Below are positions 25,201-37,200 of a DNA stretch of 64,000 nucleotides, in pieces (position 1 is the first letter of the stretch; every line of letters starts with the position of its first letter). Under the pieces are notes generated by a model. It was given only the letters and a program-made list of their open reading frames with translations. It was not told the origin of the DNA and made no database searches. Source of the stretch: Lytechinus pictus (lineage: Eukaryota); contig NC_087251.1 in the NCBI RefSeq assembly GCF_037042905.1, positions 372,001 through 436,000 on the forward strand, given 5' to 3'. The position numbers were made by a program, and so were the translations under genes.

Positions 25201-28200
25201 TATTATCACTTGCTTCATTACCATGAAATAATGTCATTGTGTATTTCAAGGGGGAAATAATACCTTAGATACACAGAGGGCGCCCTGATAAAAGTTTAAA
25301 TTAACATGTTCTTCATATGTGGGTACCGGTATACTGACTGACTTCTGGAAAAAAAAATTGAAAAAAAAAAGTCAGACACTGCGTTTTTCCATAGAGAGAG
25401 GTGCAGTGTAAAGATATATACATGTACCTGCTGGATAGTTAAAAACAATATTATCTCTCCAATTGATCATCCATCTCTAACATCATCATCAAGAACTTAC
25501 ATGTATGATGCTTCAAGGATCTGAAGGATGTATCCACTTTAGGGAGTACAGCTTACTAGAAAGCAAGATATGATGCTTCAAGGATCTGAAGGATGTATCC
25601 ACTTTAGGGAGTACAGCTTACTAGAAAGCAAGATATTGCAGTTCCCAGCAGTTTTCTAATAATGAATTATTATATATTGCCCAACATCAAAATGCCTAAA
25701 CGGATACCTATTCATGAGCATAAATGTTTAATGTTTCATTTTTTAACTGATGAGCTTGATTTCTTTTCATCTGTTTGCATACTCGAACTTAAGATTGGAA
25801 GAAATCATGTATCATGGGACTGGTAAACACTTTACTAACATGAATATCAGTATGTGGGACTAGAGTGAAATTTCAGATCAGATAATTGGTATCTTTGGAA
25901 GAATTTTAATAGGTGAAGAAATAAAACATCATCATTGGTTTTAACATATTTTGTCAATATCATACTAGTAATTAACATACACGAAAATCAAGTTAAAAAA
26001 TTATTTGTCCAAGGGTCAAACTCAAGGTCAAAGTAAAGGTCAAAGGTCATGACCTTATAAATCACTCCAATACATTATTTTATGCATGTTTGGATTCCTC
26101 CCTAAATTTCCTTTTGAATGGTACCAGTTTCGTGAAAATTGGTCGACACGTTACGACGCAATGGCCATCGAAAGTTGAAGGTCACGCCCATTTTTGTCAA
26201 AAACATGGTGAAAAGGGCCGGCCATAGCGCAAGAACCGACAGACCGATTGGACTAATTTTGTTTGTTTTGTGCTTGGGCCATGGGGAATTTTATGTGTAC
26301 CAAATTACAACAAATTCTGAGAGGGTCGGGTGCAAAATTGCACATTCATTGAGTGAATTGGCATGGAATGACCCTCCAACGATGTTGTAACTTGTAGACT
26401 AAGCCTGTTCATCGATCAAAGTAGAATGTCTATTGCTGCTCTTCTTCAGACAAAATTAGATGTGCTACTTATGTTGGCAGGGAGGGGTGGCAGAGGTATC
26501 GTAGTGTTATGTAGTATCTATTTAACTTCCTGTTATCCTTTCAGTCATTCACCTTCACTTGTTTACAAACTCCCCCAATGTCATCTAAGAATTCCTAAAC
26601 CCCCAATACCATTTAACTCCTAAACCTTGACCAAAAAGACCAACCCTCAGTGACGTCAGCTAACTTCAAGGAAGAAGTGTGACTCACACTTCCAGCCCCA
26701 GTCACTTGCATAGAGCATCACCACACCCCTTATACCAGAGAAAGTTTGATAGACAGTTACCTGTAGACCAATCAGATCAAGTTTTGATCAATCCCACCTT
26801 AAATTGTTAAAACCCCAAAACTAATGATATAAATAAGACTTATTGATTATTAAAGATATAGAATATACAGAAGAATACTAGACCCACACTCATCCAGATA
26901 GACTGACTGATTTCAAGACTTAGACGTTCATCAAATATTATCTTAACTTCACAATCTCAATCTGATACTTCTAAATTATTTTATATTCATCGTCTCTTAT
27001 TATATCTGAATCTTCATGTACTTCGAACTGTAGCTGAATATTGATAATTAAATACTTTGTGACTTTGAACTGTATAACTTTCTCAAAAGTTTCTTCATTA
27101 CGCTTCCCTTCTTATAATTACCGATCCCAACACGACAGTAGACAGCAAAAAATTCCATGAAAACACACGAGAATGGACAAAAAATCACTCAAAATCATAG
27201 GCAATCTTCTCCCAATGCTTATCCAGTCTATTCTCAAATGCAATCACTTCTACAGACATGGAGCCTTGAACCGCCGGTCATATACGTATAAGACTTAAAG
27301 GGATGGTCCAGGCTGAAAATATTTATATCTTAATACATAGAGTAGAATTCACTGAGCAAAATGCCGAAAATTTCATCAAAATCGGATAACTAATAAAATA
27401 GTTATTGAAGTTTAAAGTTTAGCAATATTTTGTGAAAACAGTCGTCATGAATATTCATTAGGTGGGCTGATGATGTCACATCCCCACTTTTCGTTTTCTT
27501 ATGTTATTACATAAAATCATATTTTTTTCATTATTTCATACTTGTGTGAATAATATGTCTCCCTTACAATAAAATAAGTTGCAGCAATAAATATCTAATG
27601 CACTAAATCAGTTGTCAATTCAATTTCATAGTTCTTGGAGGAAAAAATTTGAATAAACCTAATTTCATATAATAAAATACAAAAGAACAAGTGGGGATGT
27701 GACATCATCAGCCCACCTAATGAATATTCATGACGACTGTTTTCACAAAATATCGCTAAACTTTAAAATTCAATAACTTTGTTATCCGATTTTGATGAAA
27801 TTTTTGGCATTTTGCTCAGTGAATTCTACTCTATTCATTAAGCTATAAATACTTTCAGCCCGGACCATCCCTTTAAGAGACACATGTACACAAAGATGGA
27901 TTTCCCTAGGAAATCCATAGTTAGAGGGTGAAATCGGTTTGTAGGGGTAAATTTTAGTTTATCTATGAACCTTCATGCGCCTAATGCGTATAAAAGGATA
28001 AAAATTATTTCACTATCAATGGTAAAAATGAGACGTATCTTACCAGACCGATCTCCTGTAGATCCCTCGATCCGTTTGTCAACAAAGCAAAGACAATAGG
28101 CCTGACCCTTGAACCGCTTTGTTATGACGTAGATCCGGTTAGCGATGCCATTTTGAAGAACAATTTATAGATAAGAATTATTATTTCACAAATACTAAAA

Positions 28201-31200
28201 TTTAATACGTGATTATAAATAATTAGTAGTATATACTAATTATTTATAATCATGTATTAAATTTTTTCATTATTTCATACTTGTGTGAATAATATGTCTC
28301 CCTTATAATGAAATAAGTTGCAGCAATAAATATCTAATGCACTAAATCAGTTGTCAATTCAATTTTATAGTTCTTGGAGGAAAAAATTTGAATAAACCTA
28401 ATTTCATATAATAAAATACGAAAGAACAAGTGGGAATGTGACATCATCAGCCCACCTAATGAATATTCATGACGACTGTTTTCACAAAATATTGCTAAAC
28501 TTTAAAATTCAATAACTTTGTTATCCGATTTTGATGAAATTTTTGGCATTTTGCTCAGTGAATTCTACTCTATTTATTAAGCTATAAATACTTTCAGCCC
28601 GGACCATCCCTTTAAGAGACACATGTACACAAAGATGGATTTCCCTAGGAAATCCATAGTTAGAGGGTGAAATCGGTTTGTATTGTCGAATTTTATTTTA
28701 TCTATGAACCTTCATGCGCCTAATGCGTATAAAAGGATAAAAATTAACACTATAAATGGTAAAAATGAGACGTTTCTTACCAGACCGATCTCCTGTAGAT
28801 CCCTCGATCCGTTTGTCAACAAAGCAAAGACAATAGGCCTGACCCTTGAACCGCTTCGTTATGACGTAGATCCGGTTAGCGATGCCATTTTGAAGAACAA
28901 TTTATAGATAAGAATTATTATTTCACAAATACTAAAATTTAATACATGATTATAAATAATTGGTATATACTACTAATTATTTATCATCACGTATTAGATT
29001 TTAGTATTTGTGAAATAATAATTCATGTTCATCAACTCGGTCACCAAAATCTTTTGTTTATCACACCACTGCCCAAGCCGAATCCTTTGCCGCCACTCAG
29101 GCTGAACCTTTTGTCAATCACACCGCCATCAAAATCCCCCCGACGGGGCTCCTCGATTTTTGTCTTTATTTCATTCATAGAAATAAAAGAACTGGACCAA
29201 AATAAAGATTATTAGGGTCTATTCCGTTTTGGCCTGAAATGCACCATAACGTAACGGGGAAAAAATAAACTTAAAAGGAAAGGTCTAGGTCTGCTTCGGC
29301 TGTCGCGCAATTCCCACTTCCCTGCTGGTTTATCCGAACTTATTACATAAACATATGGCCATTGAGTCCCTGTACAGATTGAGTTAGAACTTCGGTCTCT
29401 GCAATTGTAATTGCCAACCATGTCTGGTTCCAGGACTGGATGTAGGTACTAGTCAGTGCAGATGATATATGATGCAACATGAAAGCATCTTAATAACATG
29501 TTAGAGAATTTCTTGTACCAAGCCTCCTCTGGGCCGCTACCAGGAGGGCCACTTTCATTGACGAGTGGATACCATGGGTGACCCAAAAAACATGTAAAAA
29601 GGATATCTTTTTCAAGATAGGGCACGTCATGTACGTATTACACAAGTAAACTATAAAAATTAATACACATTACTGGGTAGGTACAGTACTCGCCTCTAAA
29701 GTGGCAATGCTACTTTCAAGATTTTGATTTTGAGGTGCTACTGAATTTGTGCTCCATATGGCCATGTGCACTGGGCTGTGAGTGTGAGACGTTCTCTATG
29801 CTAAAAATCTGTGCAAAGGAACTGTCTCAACTACAACACAAAAGTTCAGTAATCCATTTGACCCTACGATTCTAGAGCCGTGAGCTAAAAACTAACAGGT
29901 AGCCTTATTTAACCCCACTCTCCCCGATATCTTGCTTTTTTTTTTCATTTTTGGAATTGATTGTATTGCAGTTTCAAGGGGGCTCATTAGTGGTACGTAC
30001 TACACATATTAACACAGAACACTGATTCTTTGCTTGGATGTCCCTTTAATATTCCTTCTCACTCACATTAACTCAGAAGCCTTTCTACCATGTTGACATG
30101 GACTGGACACACCACTGTGAGATTGGAGCAGGGTCATACACCAAGGATATTGTAAATAAATAAATGAAACTGTTTTTATATTTTGTAAAATAGTGCATAG
30201 CTATAGTACAATAAATAAAATAGGAAAATTAAATCAGACAAACATGGATCTTAACATTTAATAAATCCATATATATTTTTATCAATAACCTAATAAAATG
30301 ACAGGAATTATTTAATGGTTAATTTGGTCAGCTTTTCAGCAGATTAACAAACTGCTTCCCTACTCATACTAGCCTATAATCTAGGCGGAGGCTGCATTTA
30401 TTGTCTTTGCTGTTATTGCTGAACGTAAGCAATACGTCTGATCTGGCGAAGACTACTCATTCTGGCTGCATTAGCATTAGCAGCCACCGCCGAAACACTC
30501 CCGTCTTGCTTTAGATGTTTTTTTTTTATTATCGACTATGAAATGACGCCAGTTTTTTGTACGAAAAATTATCATGCATATGTATGAAGAAGAAATAAAT
30601 CGGACCAACCACAAATACGTTGGAAAGAAGAAGTCACGTGATATGACGTCTCTTTCTTCATCCAAAATGGCGAGTCCGATTACACGCGAGAAAGTTCTGG
30701 GAGAGTTTGGATTATGCTGCCGATAAACAGGTCATTCCTAGTGGAAAATTCCTAGACCTTTATGAATCTGTCATTCGTAGCATTATTGACGACGGGAAGG
30801 ATGTGGAAAAAGCGAAATCTACCATGCAATCCCTATGTGTAACTATTATATCTTCGCTTTTATGATCTCAAGTCTTTGGCACACGACAGCAATACAGGTA
30901 CCGGTATGGTCCCGATACCACAACATGTCAAACGAGATGAATATTGATTAGACAGACGGGAGTGTGAGGTGGTGGCTGCTAACGCAGCCACAATGCGTAG
31001 TCTTTGCCAGATCAGACGTATCGCTTGTGTTTAGCATAACAGCAAAGACAATAAATACAGCCTCCGTCTAGATTATAGGCTATACTGATACACACTCTGA
31101 ACAAAAATTAATGTGTTTTTAAGTTAGAACTTTACCTTGTTGACATCGACTGGACACAACACCATTAGAGATTGGAGCGGGGTCAAACACAAAACATATA

Positions 31201-34200
31201 CAAAATATATAAATGAAACTGTTATGATTTTTTTTTTATACGCCCGTCCTAGACGGGACGTATTATGGTATCACGCTCTGTGTCCGTCCGTTAACTTTTC
31301 CTTGTAAACGCGATAACTTCAGTTTGACTTAACCTAGGCTCATATAATTTGGTTTGTATGATACTAGCATGGATCCCAGGAAGCCTATCGATTTTGAGGT
31401 TCAAAGGTCAAAGTCACAGTGACATGTTTTCATCTTACCCTTCTGCAGTCCTTTATGTGGTAGCTTCAGTTTAACTTAACCTAGGCTAATATAATTTGGT
31501 GTGTATGATCATGGACCTATTACGAATGGACATTCAACGAGAGCATTTTATGACCTCCACCTGTTTCCAGCTGTCAAAATCGCTGTCTAACCCTTAACTT
31601 TCTCTTTACGCGGTTTTTACGACGACCGCCCGGGGCGATTGTTTACACAAGCTCCTTTCGGCCATTGATCGTCACTGATCGATCACTGGCCCTCTTTCGA
31701 CCAAAGACGGTCATGTTTTAGCCCCGATTGCCAATTGGGAAAGTCCCTACATTACCTAGAATGCAATGCGCAATTCATATTTGGTTTTTCAGTACATTAT
31801 TTTAGGCTGTCTATAATGTGCAATTGTCGTCTGACCATCAAAAAAATCCTGTTAAATTTCATCAATCCTGTGGAATTTAATGCCCAAATGAAAATCAACT
31901 TCTGACCGAAGGTAAGCGCTACTATCGACATCAATACTGTCCGAAAACGATTCATTTTTAACGTTTTTCCGCACATTTCTCCGTCAAATTTCAACTGCTT
32001 TTTTGCTGTAGATATACTGATCTGCACGGCGATGTCAATGCATTTCATGTGCGGTTGTTTGCAATGTACGTAAAAAATATGTTTATGCACGCCTGTTTTC
32101 TTGTTTCTGCAATCATTTTCATAGCGCTAACGTTCGCTGAATGAACAACATCGCAATGGGTAGGAGCAGCGTACAATTGATTTCCACTGTCCATCAGTGA
32201 TAGCGTGTTTTACGACCGGCTTGATGGGCGTCAGCTGCCAGCGCTCTGTTTATAAAAGGATTAGCGGTGACGGTCTTCGGCCGAAAGGAGAGGATTCGTT
32301 GAATGTCCATTTGTGATAGGTCCATGGTATGATACTAGCATGGATCCTAGGAAGCCTATTGATTTTGAGGTAAAAAAGGTCAAGGTCACAGTGACATGTT
32401 TTCATCTTACCCTTCTAAAGTCCTTGTAAACACGATAACTTTAGTTTAACTTAACCTAGGCTCATATAGTTTGGTGATTATGATACAAGCATGGATCCCA
32501 GGAATCCTATTGATTTTGAGGTCAGAAGGTCAAATGTCAAGATCACAGTGACATGTTTTCATCTTACTCTTCTGAAGTCTTTGTTAACGTGATAACTTAA
32601 GTTGAACTTAACCTAGGCTCATATACTTTGGTGTGTATGATACTACCATAGATCCCAGCTATTCTATTGATTTTGAGGTCAGAAGGTCAAAGGTGAAGTC
32701 GCCACCTTCCAATTTTCTTGTTTGACCAATACCGGTAACTCCATTTTACGTGTTACAGGCGGGCGTATTATGTGCTCATCTTAGCGACACTCTTGTAAGA
32801 TATTGAATGTAGTCAATGCAATCGTGAAAATTTGTCTACGATCATTTATAAGATTTGTGTTACAAGCTCCAGCTTTTTGTATGAATGGAAATTGCAGAGC
32901 AGAGCCTGCGCCTTTCAAAACAAGTTCGATCATGGTGCTACTATGCAAAGCAAACCCTTGTCTTTTTCATCATCTCGTACGTACTCAATCTTTTTTTTCC
33001 ACTTTCTAGTACATGTATTTTTAAGGAGGCCTATAAGAGACATTTTGTTATTCCATTTGACAACAATACCACAAAAGTAAGTATGCTTTGGTGAAGAATT
33101 GCTTTGTGTGCCAGGTTGAAATTGGTGGAAGGTGTTCATTCAGCTCTATTTTTTTTTGCTCAATGTTGTCGCTAGTGCTGCGGTAACTCGCCAGCACCAC
33201 GGCGCCAAGGTGCATATATGTTACATGGTTTGGCTGAGCATGCAGCGAGCATTCCATTCATGAGAAAAAAGGGAAGAATAGATTTACAAGTATTTACAAG
33301 ATATACAGTAGATTCTAATTTTGATAAGACTGGAAAGCTTATATAAATGATAGACCAATATCAGATTATGTCAAATAGATATAAAATAATGAATTATTTT
33401 AGGAATTTGATTTTCAAATGCGGGCTGGTGACGGGAAACTCAATATCAAGTTTCAGCGGCCTGAGTGAGAAATGTATTCTCTTCATGAGTCACTGCAAAC
33501 AGTTAAAGGAGAAATATATTGATTATGAATATGGCCTTATTATATATCAGTGGAAAGGTCATGATGTGGGGATTATCATTTGGTCATTCAAAAATAACGA
33601 AAGTAATACATAAGGTGGAAATCACCAATTGAAAAGCGCTAAAATGCCTCTCCAAAATATGCCTCCCATCGGTCTCTGAATTGACTCGAATTTGATGACG
33701 TGTATAAGTGTACGAGAGACGTGATTGGCTCTCCCACGTCAATCTCCATTGCATGCAAAACCTGTTGCGAGGGTACGTTTTCTCCACACTGTCACTGAAT
33801 ACTTCGATCACGAAATGAAAGAAAACCCAGAAGTTTATCTAGATTTTGGATTTTCAAATTGATAATTTTGAAGATGAAGAGAATGATGATGAAGTTTCTA
33901 GCTCTAGTGACGTGGATGGAGGTAAATTAGGGGAATTATGCCTACGATGATGAGTCGGACAATTCAACTTGCATGCCGATTCGCTACCAACTCATGCAGC
34001 TGCTAGTGCTAGCTGCACGTACCGCGGGTCAAAATAAATCCATGAAAATGAATTCCAGCCTGACCATCCACTCCAGACAGAGTCTCTTCCCTCGGTCAAT
34101 AAAATTTGGAGAGCCTGATTTACGTGGCTGGGATAAATTGTCACTTGTTCTGTTAGAAATAATTTCTATCTCATTATTTTGACAAAATTGAAACTCGGGG

Positions 34201-37200
34201 GAATTATTTATCTATATAAAAATATAGTAACACCTCGAACTATTTTTGGAATTACGATTAAACCTTTTTTGAATAAATCGGTTAAGGTAATTGAATAAAA
34301 ATTATGTGATTGTGATTGTAAACAAAAACACACATTGCTTGCTCGCCTTGGCTGAGAGAGTAGATGCACGTGTTGCACAGCTCTCAATCGGCATTTTGGA
34401 TGGTTTGTTTACAATCACATATGAGCTACGCATGTTGGGGATGATCTTTAACATCTAATTTTAATTTACCTCAACGTTTTGCCCTAAAAAAATGTTTTAT
34501 CATAATTTAAAAAATAGTACGAGGTGTTACTATATTTTATATAGATAAATAATTCCCCGAGTTTCGTAATTTTGTCAAAATAATGAGGTAGAAATTATAC
34601 CTAATAAAGCGAGTGACAATTTATCCCAGCCACGTGTATTAGTTTATCGTCGGTGTAGCGGGACAGCTTTGCGAGATGGCCGGTGGCCGCCCACCGTCTC
34701 ACGCTGACCCGTACAAGAAAAAGACGGAGTCGAAAAATGACAAATTCGAACGAAGAGATGAAGTAAAGTTCTGCATTGAGTTTATTATGAATCAGCGTCA
34801 ATCCATTTATATGTTGGTACAATTAATAATACGTCAAATCTCTGGGCTGGACGATCGACATTTAAGAAAATTAAGCCTCCATGGCCTACGGCAGCAAAAC
34901 AAATGGTAAATCAAAAGAACTACCGGTACCCCGCACAACCTAGCACACACCCTTTTTATACATCTTGGCTCAAACACCACATGGCGAGAAGACCCTTCCC
35001 CAAATCGGTCCTATCACTTTTGGTGCAATGTCTTATCGGCTCAGTTATCTCTCACACCTGTTCTCTCTCTCTCTCTCTCTCTCTCTCTAGTCGCTGAAGA
35101 ATGCAAGTGAGCCGGAGAACAGGAAATCAGAAGCAGAATAGAAAAATATTTAAGTTCAGCTGGACCGTCCATAAATTCTATTCAGTATTCAATTCAACTC
35201 TTCCAAATCCATCGAGTCCCAAAAAATACTAATCCTAAATCCAAGACAGCCCAAACGCCTAGCAACTATTCAGTTTGCATTCTTTTACCTTTCACTCCCT
35301 ACATTCCAAACGCCAGCTTGACCCAAAAAGTTGACAACTGAAATTTGCACTTAACGGAATGGTAACAGAGCAAGTCAGAAGGCAAACAAACTTTTACCAA
35401 AACAAACAAATCTCTATTTTCCACCCCGCTATATATCAAAGCAGAATTCTTCCCAAAATATCTAAAACAATGATATTTGCAGATGACAACATACATGTAT
35501 AGGCCTTACGTTTGAAATAAAATAATATGGAAGACAGAATCAAGTCGATCCGAACAATTCTCGGTCAACTCACACTCACAGTCCAGACTCGCAAACACAC
35601 GACAGCCCGTATACTACACTCACTCTCCCGCCCGAAACGAGGGGCGTGCTTGCAGCCCAACAAGTGAGCCTAGCGGAGACCAACTTGGCCGAGATGTAGT
35701 TGGATCCAAAATGAGCTCCAAATTGATGGGAATAAATATCATACGTAATTTTCTCAGGATGGTCATTTGAATTCGTATTCTATGCTGATATAACGATTGT
35801 AAGAAAAGTTTGTGGAATATGAGTTATGACGATGTTCGAGAATTAATGCTGATAATGATATATTTGATAATCCATTTTTAGACTCAGGATAATTGCAGAG
35901 CACCGACTTGACCGAAATAAGTATGAATGTCTCAAATTGAGCTCTAAATTTATATGAATGATTATGGATGTAAATTATTGTTAATTACGATTTAATAAAA
36001 TTCTATGGCCATACTAAAAATATTGGAAATGTCAGCAAAGTTGTGTTATGTTGGAATATGGAAGTACTCTGGACGTCTCCGAGATAAAGAAGCACATTGA
36101 GCATGGGCGATTGATGACATAGGATGGGGGATCGGGTGTCCGGACACTTTATATTTTGAAGCCTTCTTTTTTGTCTTTGGATTACACTAAAAATATGAAT
36201 TCAATAGTTATAATCATCTTCAATTTTGTTCTCTCTAATATTTCCTAACATTTTGAACTAAAAATTGATGAAACTTCGCTTGTAAATTTTTCCAAATTAC
36301 TTTCTAAAATTGATCGTCCGGACACACAACCTGTCCGGACACACAACAACTGGGTATACCGGTAATTTTCCATTCATGAATTCTAATTCGGAGATGGGCA
36401 CAAACAAGCTTCAAATTGATGGGAATAAATATCAAATGTAATTTTCTCTGCTTTGTCATGTAAAATTGTATTCTATGGTGATATTACGATCGTGAGAAGA
36501 GTTTCTTCAACGACGATGTTTGAAAATCAATCGTGGCGTGATATAATTTTTTTAGACAAATGCACCCATCACTCGTTAATTTGTGATGTCGGTCATTAAA
36601 AATGGAAACGAAATACAAATTGAATTGAATGGAGTAACAGCAAGATCTAAATTCTTATTAATGGTTATCATTTGCAAATTAAATATAAAAATATTACAAT
36701 TAAATAATGTTCTATGGTCATAATAAGAAATATTGTTAATGAAAGCAAGCTTTATTTTACGTTGATCGCGTCATGATTTTCCTTTCAGAACAATTTCGAT
36801 CTGGTTTGATAAAAGCACAATGCACATGCGCAATCGATGACGGTAAATTCCATTCATGAATTCATCGTGCATAAATTACTTCAGCATGAACAGACGAGTA
36901 AGACTCGAATTAAGATAAAAATAAAACTTCAAATTAATGCCGAATAGGCATCATTATTGCACATGGTTTCATTTCGGGGAAATAGAAATCTAGTAAGTAG
37001 TAGTTATTAAGGAGCGCCAAAAAGCTCATAGCTAGTTTTATCAATCATAACGTCACTGCATCGTATGTAAACATCGTGAACGCTGCCCGTGCCCCAGGCC
37101 GGCCCAAGACAGATTTCATTCATAAAAAATGTGAGTGAGCGCCGTGGCTTCTTGCGCAAATACAGAACTTCAAGGGTGGGTATGCAAGTAGAATTTTAGT

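Larger units (their letters stand above)
22403..26374. mobile_element. Sola2-like non-autonomous element with very long TIRs
   Basis: GGGTCATTCCAT...ATGGAATGACCC; 4-bp TSD TCCA at 22399-22402 and 26375-26378. Arms ~850 bp once nested inserts are removed. The superfamily is inferred from GRG termini, 4-bp TSD and long TIRs. Confidence 0.72.

Noticed and set aside
33810..33960. Acidic, coding-like stretch (EDEENDDEVSSSSDVDG)
   Set aside because: Interrupted frame with no linked exons or catalytic motifs; at most an unassignable transposon relic.
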